From Octopus vulgaris (taxonomy: Eukaryota): a DNA stretch of 64,000 nucleotides. Both the position numbers and the translations under genes were made by a program. This document shows positions 1 through 13,850 of this stretch, in pieces (within the stretch, counting starts at the first letter, position 1; the number at the start of each line of letters is the position of its first letter). The stretch covers positions 27,032,001-27,096,000 of the forward strand of contig OX597825.1 of NCBI GenBank assembly GCA_951406725.2, in the 5' to 3' direction. Under the pieces are notes generated by a model. It was not told the origin of the DNA, made no database searches, and worked only from the letters and a program-made list of their open reading frames with translations.

Positions 1-322
1 CTTTTGCCGAACCGCTAAGTAACGGGGACATAAACACACCAGCATCGGTTGTCATGCAATGCTAGGGGGACAAACACAGACACAAACACACACACACATT
101 TATATATATATATATATATATATATACATACATATATACGACAGGCTTCTTTCAGTTTCCGTCTACCAAATCCACTCACAAGGCATTGGTCTGCCCGAGG
201 CTATAGTAGAAGACACTTGCCCAAGATGCCACGCAGTGGGACTGAACCCGGAACCATGTGGTTGGTTAGCAAGCTACTTACCACACAGCCACTCCTACGC
301 CTATCACAGCCACTCCTACGCC

Positions 323-325
<3 letters not shown>
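1..325 (-). mobile_element. tRNA-derived SINE, family A; 3' part cut by the window edge
   Basis: The minus strand begins AGGCGTAGGAGTGGCTGTGTGGTAAGTAGCTTGC...GGTTCCGGGTTCAGTCCCACTGCG, with A-box-like TGGCTGTGTGG and B-box-like GGTTCAGTCCC. Near-identical to copies at 4401 and 56549. The first 21 bp of the head are tandemly duplicated (284-304, 305-325). Confidence 0.85.
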
Positions 326-376
<51 letters not shown>

Positions 377-436
377 CTATGTATCTTTCTATATATATGT
401 GTGTGTGTAAGACATGTATGCAGGCATATATATCTC

Positions 437-790
437 TTAATCCTTTTTTACCCTTGTGGAGCATAGGGCCTCAACAGTTGTTTTCCACTTGTTGCGGTCA
501 CTGCCGTGTTTCTTGGCTGCTTCCCATGTCAGGCCAGTGGTCCTGGGCTCGTACACAATGTTCCGCCTCCATGTCTGCTTCGGGCGTACTCGCTTCCTTT
601 TCCGCTGCGGGTTCCAGTCAAGAGCTTGTCGTGTCTCATATGAGGGTTCTTTCCGTAGTGTGCGTCCGATCCATCTCCAATTCCTTCGTATAATGTGAAA
701 ATGTATGGGGTCCTGGTTGGCCCTTTCTCACGGGCCGGTGTTTGACAGGATCGGCCGGAGACATTCGCTGATGAAGGTCTACATTTTCTT
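437..790 (-). mobile_element. RTE-clade LINE, 3' end fragment
   Basis: Minus-strand translation HIIRRNWRWIGRTLRKEPSYETRQALDWNPQRKRKRVRPKQTWRR...DRNKWKTTVEALCSTR matches the typical RTE ORF C-terminus (WRWIGHTLRK...ALxWNPQGKRKRGRPKxTWRR). Confidence 0.8.
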
Positions 791-892
791 GTAGTTGCTG
801 CCGGTGGCCCTGTTTATTTCAGAGCCATAGGAAAGCACGGATTTTGCGTTTGAACTAAATAAGCGGAATTTAGGTCGAGTTGAGTTGGAAGT

Positions 893-958
<66 letters not shown>

Positions 959-993
959 TTATATATAAATATATATATATAAATATATATATG

Positions 994-1042
<49 letters not shown>

Positions 1043-1484
1043 TACACATAGATATATATGTATATATATACATATGTATGTATACGTATACGTGCATGTA
1101 TAAATGTACTATATATAAGTGTACATATACATATATATGTGTGTATGTGTACATGTATGCATCAGGAGATTTGTGTAAGAGTGCCTCTGAATGTGTTCTG
1201 TTTTACGATTGAATAAATCTAATGAGTTAATGCGAATGAAGACCATACATTGAATATTTATTTTATCAACAACAAATTTGTTGAAACAATTTATTGAGGA
1301 ACATATTCTTTACTACTGATATTCTCTTTCAAATGTTCTTGTTAAATGTATTAACAAAACGAGATAATATTTCCATATATTATTTGTTTCTTATAAGTCA
1401 CGTTCGTTGTGTACTTTTGTGACCTTCAGAAACATAATTACTACTAACACATTCTCCAAGCGCCGGAAGCAAATTGTAGCCGCC

Positions 1485-1552
<68 letters not shown>

Positions 1553-1986
1553 AGAGAGAGAGAGAGATGCATATACGTGTACATATTGCCTGTTCGTGGT
1601 AATGTAGTTTACTTTTATTATAGATTGGTTATTGTATGAGAATATTTCATTAATATTCGTGAATTAGAACTTGAAGCAGATGATTGTACTGAAGATGACT
1701 GATTCCATTCGAATTCAAAAGGCAACTCCGGTGTAAACATCATTTGTTGGTGAATTCCATCAGTTCCATATAATTACAATGCTGAAGGTCTTATCAATGA
1801 GCGATCCTACGCTCATCGCTACGCTACGCTTTAATCAATGGCTGTTATATGTTGCTGAATGGAAATGCACTTGGTAAATTAATGATTACCCTGGCGATTT
1901 CTCTTTTGACACTCTTCGAAATACCGATGCTTTGGAAAAATTAGAGGATTATGAGTTTAAGCGTGAAAGTTTGTGCTAGGACATAC

Positions 1987-2172
1987 CTTTGAAGTGAAAG
2001 CAATCGTCGACAATTCACCCAGTGCATCAACGGTCGTATAATCATCGGTAGTTGAAAGTAATGCATTAGGTAATTTTACATTCGGTAGATGGAAATTTAG
2101 CACATGTTCGCCATCACTAGACCATGCTTCGTTTTTCAACATCAAGCGATATTGAAAGGTAAATATTTTATT
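1987..2172 (-). pseudogene. Exon-like block, 186 nt, phase 0-0, open: NKIFTFQYRLMLKNEAWSSDGEHVLNFHLPNVKLPNALLSTTDDYTTVDALGELSTIAFTSK
   Basis: Acceptor ttttacacgttatcAG and donor AAG|GTATGT; exact multiple of 3 with no stop. Confidence 0.6.
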
Positions 2173-2313
2173 CTGATAACGTGTAAAATTGATCAAATTT
2201 ACGAAAATGAAAAGAGGAAGGCAAGTAACTCCGGAGTGATTACCGAAATACAATGAAAACTTCAGTTCGCACACACACATAAAAACGCACACACACATAC
2301 AAACGCACACACA

Positions 2314-2379
<66 letters not shown>

Positions 2380-2434
2380 TGTATATATATAGAGAGAGAG
2401 AGATAGAGAAATAATTTATATATGATTCACTCAC

Positions 2435-2530
2435 AAGACTTCGGTCTGTTTGACGCTATTTATAAGACGCTTGCCGAATGTGAGATTGCAAGGAAAATTT
2501 CTTATTATACAGAGAACTGCTACTCTGGTA
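2435..2530 (-). pseudogene. Exon-like block, 96 nt, phase 0-0, one TAG at 2456-2458: YQSSSSLYNKKFSLQSHIRQASYK*RQTDRSL
   Basis: Acceptor gtatcAG and donor CTT|GTGAGT; phase matches the next exon (1987-2172). A different frame of this block is open but phase-incompatible. Confidence 0.4.
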
Positions 2531-2569
2531 CTGATACACACACAAATACACATACACACACACACACTC

Positions 2570-2670
<101 letters not shown>

Positions 2671-3786
2671 AACTACACGTGGAAATGATATGGGGAAAGG
2701 AAGAAAATAGCTAAAATGCACATTGAATATCAAAAATATAAGTTTTTGAATGAAAAGTGGAGATAATGCAATTAGTGGAATTGAGGTAGAATTAAGGAGA
2801 ATTAAATTCAGTATTTTGAATTGTTAAAGAGATCCAAAGTCAAACCGGTATCGTCATTGCTGTTCACTGGCTTTGAATGAGCACCGATTATCGAATGGTG
2901 TCGTGTCTACTAGTCACTGAGTAAAAATAATTGTTTTTATTCAGGGACTAGTATATTCCTAATTTCGAGCAATCAAGGTACATAGGAGGGTCAAAGCTGG
3001 GAACAAAAACAGGACAGTGGAGACATACGAAAAAACGAACGAAAACAAAGGTGGAGGGTCATTAGAAAAAACGTAGATATAAACTCTAAATGCCAAATCT
3101 TCTCATTCTATCAATGCACTGGAAACACTTCAAACCAATTCCATTTAAATAAGGAAAACTTACTGATTAAAATATATAAACCACAGCTGAATATCCTTTG
3201 AAAAAAAAATCAGTAAAATGAAAAGAAAAAAAGCGCAATATCAACACAAAAACAGCCAAGAACAACATTTTTAAAAATTAAAAAAAACAAACATTTGTAA
3301 CAAACTTCCAACCAGGTTCCAAAACAGCAACTCGAAATCACCATACAAACACCAGTTGCCGACGTCACTCCAATCCAATGAAATTCTACAAACACCATTT
3401 GCTGACGTCACCTAACTCCAGACCAATCAAAACCAAACCTCAGCGAATACAACGAAATGACTCCTTAAGAGAACCAACCAACCGTATCCACAAGGAAACC
3501 AAGCAAGCAGAACGACAATATTGCCGATGGGGGAAAATAAAACGTCACCAGAATTTTAATGAGTCAAAAATCAGATCCGCTCGCGGGAAAAAAAAAAAAA
3601 AATTCATCTTATCCCAAAACATACCACTACAAGAGAAAGTGTTTATTAGAAGAGGATCAGATAAACTGCAAACCAAATTCCCTTTCTTTTAAATATTTTT
3701 TACTATTACAATTATTCTTTTCAGTACGACTTGTCGACCACCAAAAAAGCTAAAGAACTTTGTACATGCAAACATGGTGATATATA

Positions 3787-4019
3787 TATTTCTTTACTAC
3801 CCACAAGGGGCTAAACACAGAGGGGACAAACAAGGACAGACAAAGGGATTAAGTCGACTACATCGACCCCAGTGCGTAACTGGTACTTAATTTATCGACC
3901 CCGAAAGGATGAAAGGCAAAGTCGACCTCGGCGGAATTTGAACTCGGAACGTAACGACAGACGAAATACGGCTACGAATTTCGCCCGGCGTGCTAACGTT
4001 TCTACCAGCTCGCCGCCTT
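3787..4019 (-). mobile_element. SINE family B, full length, with 17-bp target-site duplication
   Basis: Minus strand AAGGCGGCGAGCTGGTAGAAACGTTAGCACGCC...GAGTTCAAATTCCGCCGAGGTCGACTTTGCCTTTCATCC...GTAAAGAAATA. Flanked by AAACATGGTGATATATA at 3770-3786 and 4020-4036. Confidence 0.9.
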
Positions 4020-4289
4020 AAACATGGTGATATATAGTTTTAATTTTATTGACTGCGATGAACATTGAAAATTACACCTATTTTGAACATGTTAATTTAT
4101 CAACATTTTAATTAGTCAACATTCAAACTTTTAAAGACGTGTTTCTAATTGTAAACTTTTACCGTCGATAAACAAAAATGTTGTTGAATAGTTTGGTATA
4201 CATGTAAATAAATGTATTTTACGAGTTTTTGAAATTTACGTGCATTTTCAACAACCCATTTTCCTATATTTTTTCCTGCGTGGAGATAC

Positions 4290-4805
<516 letters not shown>

Positions 4806-4814
4806 AGAAAACAG

Positions 4815-4845
<31 letters not shown>

Positions 4846-5051
4846 AAATATAAGAAAAGGATGGTAGTATTGAAATACCATCACGTCTTGCAAGCGAGTC
4901 GACCGGTATTACTTGTGCTGAAGGTAAGACGTTCTTGCTGTTCACTGGAATTCTTTTCCTATCATGCCTGTATTGGATTTGTGACTATTCTTTATTACAG
5001 AAGTATTTTTGACTTCTATTTTTAGCGAAGTAGGTGCCCATGTGGTACCTT

Positions 5052-5123
<72 letters not shown>

Positions 5124-5251
5124 CAAATATATATATATATGTTTATACAATCGCACGTAGATATATGTGTGTGTGTCTCTGGGTGTATGTGTCTGTGCTT
5201 ATATGTATACATACAGTACACATATACACACATGTCAATATTTGAACTTAT

Positions 5252-5599
5252 CTGACGTAATTTGTCTTGAGCAGAAACTGCAGAATTTATATTGAGGTGG
5301 TGAACTAATTTTTCTCTGCTAGTGACGAAATGAATACGATTTTTGGATTCCATACCCACAAAATTGACCTGCAAAGGTGTTGTAGCTGCTGCGTATTGTG
5401 AGCTACATAAAACGTGCTTTAAATTCATGTTACATATCAACATATTGAGCAGTTTCTGCGTTTCAGACCATTCTTCAGCAAGAATTATCTCACCGAATTC
5501 GCTGGAAAAATTCGGCACAGACTTGGCATCAAGTTGAATAACAATTTCTGTGGGTTGTCTCCCTATACCACCATTATATATATGGAATAAGATATACAT
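5252..5599 (-). pseudogene. Exon-like block, 348 nt, phase 0-0, 116 open codons, non-canonical donor CAG|ATAAGT
   Basis: Acceptor catgattacAG. Reads MYILFHIYNGGIGRQPTEIVIQLDAKSVPNFSSEFGEIIL...SAQDKLRQ and ends at a consensus donor lacking only the +1 G. Confidence 0.55.
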
Positions 5600-5770
5600 C
5601 TGTAATCATGTAACTATTTCCCTTATGTTTCAAAATAACAAAAGTGCATCACTTGAAAGAAAAGTTCTATTAACGATATGCTAATTAAAACAATGCCTTT
5701 CAAAATCTTAGTAAAATATAAATATATATAAATAGCGTATCCGATTTAACACAGAAATAAGTAAACTTAC

Positions 5771-5900
5771 GTTTGTGTATGACATAGGCGTCCAAATGTT
5801 TAATTTAGATATGGTCATCTGCGACGATATCATTTACTCAACAACAGACAACTTCATAGAGCAGACCTGTCGTCGTACAACGGTTAACGACGAAGATAAC
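5771..5900 (-). pseudogene. Exon-like block, 130 nt, phase 2-0, one TAA at 5834-5836
   Basis: Strong acceptor (T)9cctttacgtttggctgcaacAG and donor AAC|GTAAGT. Joins 6012-6102 (CA|G = Gln) and 5252-5599 in frame. Confidence 0.5.
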
Positions 5901-6011
5901 CTGTTGCAGCCAAACGTAAAGGAAAAAAAAACTGCCGCACGAATTTAAATAAGCAGTCAACTTCTAACATTTTAAGACTTCGCTAAATATTCTTCGCACT
6001 TGCTTTCTCAC

Positions 6012-6102
6012 TGTTTCAATTGCATAGCATGTATTTCCGAATTCGTGAAATTTTCAGACACTAACCATTTTCTTATACATTTATATTTCCTGCTATTAGA
6101 CT
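6012..6102 (-). pseudogene. Exon-like block, phase 1-2, open: SNSRKYKCIRKWLVSENFTNSEIHAMQLK
   Basis: Acceptor ttatcaattgcAG (same-phase alternative starting the exon at 6138) and donor ACA|GTGAGA. Confidence 0.4.
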
Positions 6103-6183
6103 CTGCAATTGATAACACAATATAAATGTACCCGGCAACTAAATTATTGACAAGACCGTATGATAAAGTAGTATATATATATG

Positions 6184-6260
<77 letters not shown>

Positions 6261-6518
6261 GTGTGTGTGTTTGTGTGCGTGTGTGTATGTGTGTGTATGT
6301 TTGTATATGAGTGAGTATATGTGCACACACGCGCCCACACATGCCCAAACATGCCTAGACGCGCACACACACTCACTCACACACACACACACACACGAAC
6401 ACACACACACACACGTACATATGTATACGTTTATATTCAGCAGCAAGAACAAGTGCTTAACGCTAGTGGATTATTATCTCTTATTCGTGGGTTAACAATG
6501 TCATGAGAAATCACTTAA

Positions 6519-6655
6519 CAATTATCAAGCCCTCAAATGTAACGTTGGAGATCGTCTTCATCCAAGACGGACATGAGCACCAACCTTCCATTTGGAAGGC
6601 GTGATAATTCTTGAAAGATTTTTCACGATCTGAAACCGTTAGTTGCCTTGCTAAC
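6519..6655 (-). pseudogene. Exon-like block, phase 2-1, open: LARQLTVSDREKSFKNYHAFQMEGWCSCPSWMKTISNVTFEGLII; broken donor G|TTAAGT
   Basis: Acceptor gtttatttgtAG; end phase matches the 6012-6102 block; donor lacks +1 G. Confidence 0.35.
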
Positions 6656-6681
6656 CTACAAATAAACTATATATATATATA

Positions 6682-6768
<87 letters not shown>

Positions 6769-7540
6769 GCTGAGAAATATACTTCTAATGAACGAAGACA
6801 ATGAGTATCCAGTACTATGGTCAGTGAAATTTCATATTGCTTCTGAAAACGTGTACATATGATTTAGCCCCCACACAAAATACAACATACCACCCAAGAC
6901 ATATGGTCATGTTTGGTAGTATTAGGTTGTAACGTAGTTATTCATACATGGCCCTAATGTTGGAGCTGAATGAACAGGATCACCGAAGGAGTGGTGCATT
7001 TTCGATGCTTTACTTCCTCGATTATCCCTAGTTTTCCCGAATAAGTATCAATTTTAGTTATTGTTATTGCATAGTTATAGTCTTGTGCATGGTTAGCTCT
7101 GGGGGTATCCAGTCATCATAAGTTTCCACAGGACACGTTAAATTCTTCCTAAATACCACAGTGTTTTATCTATGAGCGACAAAGATATGTTGGTACCATC
7201 GAGTTTGTTAAGACACAGCAGTATCATGTGAAGAAAGATTATTGTTATTTTTCATGGGTTTATTTGAGTGGACAGTTTAAATCCTTAGTAATCTTCAAAG
7301 CATCACGAGGCTCTCTATTTGTTTTGCAATCCAGGTTTTCGAGGCATAATATAGTGCACAATACCTGCAACTCTGATGACGTATGGCCTTTCTTTTATTT
7401 CATTTACACCCTGGTAATAAGTAAACATAAACAAGTAATATTTTCTGGAATTACCATTGTTTTGAAATCCCGACGCTAGTAGAAATTTGCCAAATTTTCT
7501 ATATACATATATCGCTCGTAGAGGCGATATATGTATATAG

Positions 7541-7772
7541 AGCCGGCGAACTGGCAGAAACGTTAGCACGCCGGGCGAAATGCGTAGCCGTATTTCGTTT
7601 GCCGTTACGTTCGGAGTTCAAATTCCGCCGAGGTCGACTTTGCCTTTCATCCTTTTGGAGTCGATAAATTAAGTACCAGTTACGCACTGGGGTCGATATA
7701 ATCGACTTAATCCGTTTGTCAGTCCTTGTGTGTACTCTCTGTGTTTATATCTTTGTGCGTAGTAAAGAAATA
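7541..7772 (+). mobile_element. SINE family B
   Basis: Aligns by eye along its length to the reverse complement of 3787-4019. Confidence 0.88.
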
Positions 7773-8951
7773 TATATCGCTTGCAGAATACTGGTTTGGT
7801 CCTCTGTTCCTCATTTCGCATGCTTAGGTACATAAGCAATCCAAATATTTTGAAGAACATTCTTAAATTGCAAGGAAAATCCTAAGAACCATTTACCTGC
7901 GCAATAACTTCTGTTATTTATTGGCAGGGGTGATATCACTGCGAGCGCAACAACTTAGCTACTTAAGTGTCAGTCCTTGATTCGTTTCACATTATAGATC
8001 CTCACTACACGTTTCTAACATCAGTGTTTGCAATACGAAATGTTTAAAAATAATTCGAATTTCCCAAACATTTCCAAACATTCCACTCGAAATTTCAAGA
8101 GCAAAAGCATTTTAATACTTTGAACATTAAGCAAACAGCCAGAAGACTGAAAATCAGTAACATATTGGTTTCAATTAATCATCTAATGCATGTGGCATCT
8201 CTTCAAAACTGCTACAATTACCCACCCGATCACAAAGATATTCCATGTTCCGATTAGGGATGAGAGAAACACTGGCTGACGAAGAAAAAGTGAGAAAAGA
8301 AGAGAAACGGTCTGGGTACGGACACTACGTTTTGACCTACACGACTTAGTTTTGTGGCTGGTGCGAATCACCTGAAAGAGTTCGTGCGTTTCATATGGAA
8401 TTATAAGATTTTTACGTGCAATATTTTACGCAGAATATGGCTTTAAGAGCTATTCGCCGAAAGAAGCGAATTGCGAAATCTGAATGCAGGCAAGTGACAT
8501 AATGACGACCAGCCATACTGAAACAATAGACGCTTTCCACCGATCTTGTGCCACCAGCAGACTCTTGTTGAATTTGTTCGTACACACGCTCACATTCATA
8601 CATACATGCATATATCTGTATGTGTGTTTGTGTGTGTTTGTGTGTGTGTTTGAATGCTAGTATGTATGAATGTGTGGACGCAGAATGTATAGACTTGAGT
8701 GCATATCTGTGGGGATGTGTTCGGTGGTCCACACATACTTATATCTTTGAAGTCTAAAATTCAGACAGTTTGTATAAGCAAAATGTCAAAGACAATACAG
8801 AAATATATCAAGCATATCACTTTACTTCTCCAGTAGCATAGGAAGGTCGGCAACACGAAAATGAATTGTTAAGAAAGTAGCAAAGTGACCGCGTGTATTC
8901 AATTAGACGAATGAAATTTTGTGAATACAAAAGATGTCAATCTGAACTCAC

Positions 8952-9125
8952 TTGCAATGTTTCTGTACAAACTAACGTAAGTTTAAAATATAGGAAAATA
9001 TTGCTTATAAGAGATATTGAAAAACGAATGTAAAGAAGTAACGAGAGTTTGTGGAAGATATATGATTCGATAAATGCAATTCTCTTTAGATTGAATTTAA
9101 GAGATGAAGGGGATACTTCTTCCAT
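8952..9125 (-). pseudogene. Exon-like block ending ...FKLTLVCTETLQ; 5' boundary uncertain
   Basis: Open frame (ORF 8937-9125) running into the strong donor CAA|GTGAGT. Confidence 0.35.
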
Positions 9126-9690
9126 TTTTGTTTACGATCTATTGCCTTTATTGCAAAGTGTGAAATGATTTGATGCATGTATGAGTGGAACTAATAGAAA
9201 ATGAGAAGTAAACGACTCTATGTATTCAAATAAATAGCTAAGTATTTGAATAATATAAGAGAGTTGGGTTTGATCCTACTGTTTTTCTACCGTTCTTTAA
9301 GTAATATTCCGATCAATTTCATTCTATCTCTGTATCTCTCAGCTTATCACTCTCTCTACCTCTTTCCTCTTTCATCGCATCGATCATTCTGCACATATTA
9401 TCACATATCATTATTCTTATCTGCGATCATGTATTTCATTATGTAATATATATTTGAAGTTTGTATGAATGAAAATCTTTTAATTTAAACTTCTATGGAA
9501 ATGCATACTATAACAAGCACATATTTCAAATTGAGTTTTCTTTTCCTCAACTGACATATTTAGTGTTTGCCATATGTGAGCCTCTTTGTTATGTAATTTC
9601 CACATATACAATGCGGATAAACAAATTAAGCGCACTTTAGTCATGATAGACCGGAATTTGTTCTTTACATATGATAGATTCAAAACTCAC

Positions 9691-9845
9691 AATAGTCATC
9701 TTTAGGGGAGCGTAAGTATATTAGTGATTAATATTGGGAATCTCTTTGATAAGGAGTTGCTCACGAAGAGGCAGTGGAGTTTCTTTGCATTGTATAGGGC
9801 ATGATGCATGTTTTGCTCTACATTTCTCTACATGGTAAATATTAT
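9691..9845 (-). pseudogene. Exon-like block, phase 1-0, one TAA at 9721-9723: NIYHVEKCRAKHASCPIQCKETPLPLREQLLIKEIPNINH*YTYAPLKMTI
   Basis: Acceptor ggtatAG and donor ATT|GTGAGT. Confidence 0.4.
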
Positions 9846-11245
9846 CTATACCAGTAAGTCACATTTACAAATTAGTGGTTAATATAGTATTGGGGAGATG
9901 ATTATTTTAGCTTTGTGAAGTTAGTTCTCTTTCGGTTTTCTTTCCCATTTCTGAGGGAAAGTTAAATTTCGCCACAATCTGTGCGTATGGGTCAATCATC
10001 TTACATAGTTAGATTGCCAAACTGTGAAATATTGTATTTATAATTCTTATTCTCAATTTCTCAGTTCCTCTTCAAGAGCGTTATAAACGTTTCAGCATTT
10101 CTTTCCAAGCAACATTTCAATTAAGATATCCCGGCTTTAAATAGTTGTTGTATATATTTGCACTTCATTTACATTCGTGTCTCTCCTCGTCTAGAATATG
10201 TTTGATAATTTGTAATATACCTTGTAGCAGTTTTTAATTGATTTAACAATATGATAGTGTTCAAACAATCTATTTGCACTTAAACACTTCAAGGAAAAAA
10301 TTGAGAATGCTCTGTTTATTTAAAATAGCACATTGCTATAGTGGTACAGGGCAGTAACCAGAAGGCTGCTAAAAATGCCCAAGTTATTGTAAACATTATC
10401 TCTCCCACAAGACGTAGCAAATGAGCTGTTCATAATTGTTAATATAGAAGAAGAGTGGCTGTAGTTAATGTTTTTTTCTGAGAACGTCACCCTAATTCCA
10501 TTCTTCCTATGACTGACCACGGATTATTCCATGTAGCATCATATTTGTTTGAAGAAGATCAAAAATGAATTGTTTTCTATTAGTAACATATGAAAAATAG
10601 TTCACAGAGCGTTTTATTATAGCAGTATTGAACCTTAGTCAACGTCAACGGTTGGTCACCATGCGTTAACTTTGGTGTAGAATCAACAAACATAGTGAGG
10701 TACTTTCAATCGTGGTTGTTAATTTGATGCACAATTTCATTTTGCACATGATTTCCCGCGATTAACTTCAACGCTTTATGCATGTTTTACCGAGATAAAT
10801 AGTATCTGTTTCATGTAACATTATTGTTATTCAGAAAATAGATTCCAAACAACACATACTATCCAGCCATTGTTTGAGCAAATTAACCAGGATCCTATTA
10901 AAGTATGGTAACTTTTTCAATCGAGTTTTCGATTATTTTCTTTCGCAAGTATTGCCTCCTTTCTTCCTTGGAAACCATAAAATATTTGTTAGTTGGCGAA
11001 TATACATTTGTTTATATTTTAAAGTATTCTGGATGAAACAATTAGCTACCGTTTTGTGACATATTCCTAAATCAACATATTATTTAGAATCCCGAATGTT
11101 GACACTTAGATCGTATCTCCGCTGTAATAGCTTGTGCTGTGTTACATTCTTTTTGGCCATTATTATTATGTTCTCTATTAAAAGACTGAAAATATTTAAA
11201 TTTTATATATATAGATTATATACATACACACACAGACACACACAC

Positions 11246-11287
<42 letters not shown>

Positions 11288-11288
11288 G

Positions 11289-11316
11289 TAGATAGCTAGC
11301 TAGCTAGCTAGCTAGC

Positions 11317-11402
<86 letters not shown>

Positions 11403-11406
11403 TAGA
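11289..11406 (+). repeat. (TAGC)n-(GATA)n compound microsatellite
   Basis: Directly visible tandem repeat. Confidence 0.95.
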
Positions 11407-11665
11407 TGTGTGTGTGTGCGTACCAAAAATTATCCCATCATGAAATCTGCAATTTAGTATCTATCCAGAATTCGACAAACTGTTCTTCAATATATACGTG
11501 GAATCGAAAATGTATATAATATGTCAATATAACCTAGAAACGCGTATATACACATAGGGATAGTGAATGAATTCAAATCTGTAATAATCTTATTGGAATT
11601 CCGAAGATAAAGAGGTCAAGTTTCAAGATTCTAGATGTCTGGTTTAACTTCCATATTTCAATTAC

Positions 11666-11789
11666 CTTCACCACTTCAATATCAATGATGTTTTCAACAA
11701 TTGTAGCAGTTATAGTTGATATAAAAATAATGAACAGGCACCAAGCAATATAATGTATGTTTAGAAAAGTGTGCCTATAAGTTGTCAAG
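11666..11789 (-). pseudogene. Exon-like block, phase 2-0, open, with hydrophobic segment: LTTYRHTFLNIHYIAWCLFIIFISTITATIVENIIDIEVVK
   Basis: Acceptor tgttttaacttcAG and donor AAG|GTAATT. The hydrophobic stretch could be a signal peptide (if ATA at 11756-11758 was ATG) or a TM helix. Confidence 0.5.
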
Positions 11790-12028
11790 CTGAAGTTAAA
11801 ACATTTATATCCAAGAAAAGGATATCCAGAGGTAATGCAGTACGATCGTTTCATGTGACTCCATTTAATTGGATATCCTTGTTGCTTATTTTGATTATTA
11901 TCACTCCATTTTGAATTATATGAATAATACCATACTAAGTTAGAGTACCTTTAACTTAAGTACCATAATCAAGTGAATCTAAATTTTACTGAACTTATAT
12001 ATATATATAACTTCAGCTTGACAACTAC

Positions 12029-12094
<66 letters not shown>

Positions 12095-12306
12095 CGTATA
12101 TTTATATATACACACACTTATGAGAAATCATCAAGATACCCGAGACTAAATGTCTGCAAGAAATATTTACGTTTTAAAAATAATTGTTAAAACAAGATGG
12201 TTTCCTCAATAAACTTGCTAACATGTAGGTTGCTAGTGAAAATGAATTTAAAATTAGAATGAGTAAGACACGCATGAAAACTTACACACACATACGCACA
12301 TTACAC

Positions 12307-12338
<32 letters not shown>

Positions 12339-12386
12339 TGTGTGTGTGTGTGTGTGTGTGCATGTCCGTGTATACATATGTATATA

Positions 12387-12438
<52 letters not shown>

Positions 12439-13320
12439 CATCTAAATATTATTTACTATATATATATAAAACTTCTATTCACGTAATGCTTTCGATTAAG
12501 CGAATCTCCAATTAAATATAACACACGATAAGGCTATGTAAGACACAATATATTTAGATATTTTACATAATTCACATAATTCACTTACATGATTTGTAAT
12601 ATAAAAAAAGTGACGTCGTGCTTACATGGATCATCTGCAGACCATAGTAACTGTTCAAGTAGGAAATTAAATACTTAATAATGGAACATTATAAGCAAAA
12701 GCACATTAATTATTTACTGTATGATGTTCTGATCCAATACATAAAATAGTTATCTCGATAAAAACAAACACACGCGCGCAAATAACTGTATGCATATATA
12801 CACATACATATTTATATCTTTTTCTAGAAATATTTTATTACAGTCACAGTATTAAAAGCACGTTTACTAGGATCAAAGAATATCAATTACTTGAGTAATA
12901 CCTTAAGAGAACTGATTTCATATTGTGTTAAATCTTTCACTATTTACAGCTGTTTAAAGAAACGTGTAATGTGACCATAGGTAGATAGGGAGTTGTCGTT
13001 ATAAATTATGTTAACCATAGCCGGTCTTGTTTGGGATTTAGAATTGTATATTTTAACTTGAATTTCATAGATAACCATTTCCATCTTATACTTTGGAAAT
13101 TAAATGAGAATATATTTTATTTTCCATTTGCACAAATGTCCAGATGTTCGTACATAGAGCATATGTAAATAATGAATCTTAGAATTTTTGCTTATGTACA
13201 CTAACTGGATGTAATTCTCATAATGTTTTAAGCAGTAGATGAGATTTCTCATTTCCAATTCATGTTAAGTTTCAACTCATTCCAGGTTTTCATTTTTATT
13301 TTTGTTTGCTTTTAACTCAT

Positions 13321-13446
13321 TCAGTTATTTCACGTAACGGAACGTAGGCCTCTGCATGTTGCCACTTATATTGCAGATCATTAGCGATCCTTTCATTATG
13401 TTTCTGAAATTCGAGTATTGCTGCAGAATTGGTAGGTATCCATTGG
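13321..13446 (-). pseudogene. Exon-like block, 126 nt, phase 2-2, open: QWIPTNSAAILEFQKHNERIANDLQYKWQHAEAYVPLREIT; non-canonical donor GA|ATGAGT
   Basis: Acceptor tatgctttattcAG; end phase fits 11666-11789; donor lacks only +1 G. Confidence 0.45.
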
Positions 13447-13850
13447 CTGAATAAAGCATAATAGGGTGACACATAATTGAATTCTATATATACATAAATG
13501 CATATATACACACACACACACACACACATGTATATAAGCACACATATATATGCACCTATACATACATGCAAGCATACATACATCCATACGTAGATATTAT
13601 TGGGATCCTGGTATATGTAACGCACTGCCTAAATAGCGATCTTGAGAAATCAGGTTTCTCAAACCAGAAAAGAGAATATTAATTTGAAGACTACAGATCC
13701 AATCTTTCACTGGAACTGTAAAACTGTGTGAGACTTTCCAGAATTTTATCAATAGAAATATATGTGACCATGTCTACATATGCAACTATATTCATAAGTA
13801 TATATTACTTAAAACAAAACAAACGGATATGCTCATATACATACAAACAA

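Noticed and set aside
2990-3760. A-rich block with a duplicated ACAAACACCA.TTGC.GACGTCAC motif and ORF 3378-3692
   Set aside because: Probably an old repeat; no recognisable protein motif.
6530-6625. Alternative minus frame KIFQELSRLPNGRLVLMSVLDE resembling an ILEI/GG-domain motif
   Set aside because: Short resemblance bounded by two TGA stops, while a different frame is fully open and phase-compatible. Needs an HMM search to revive.
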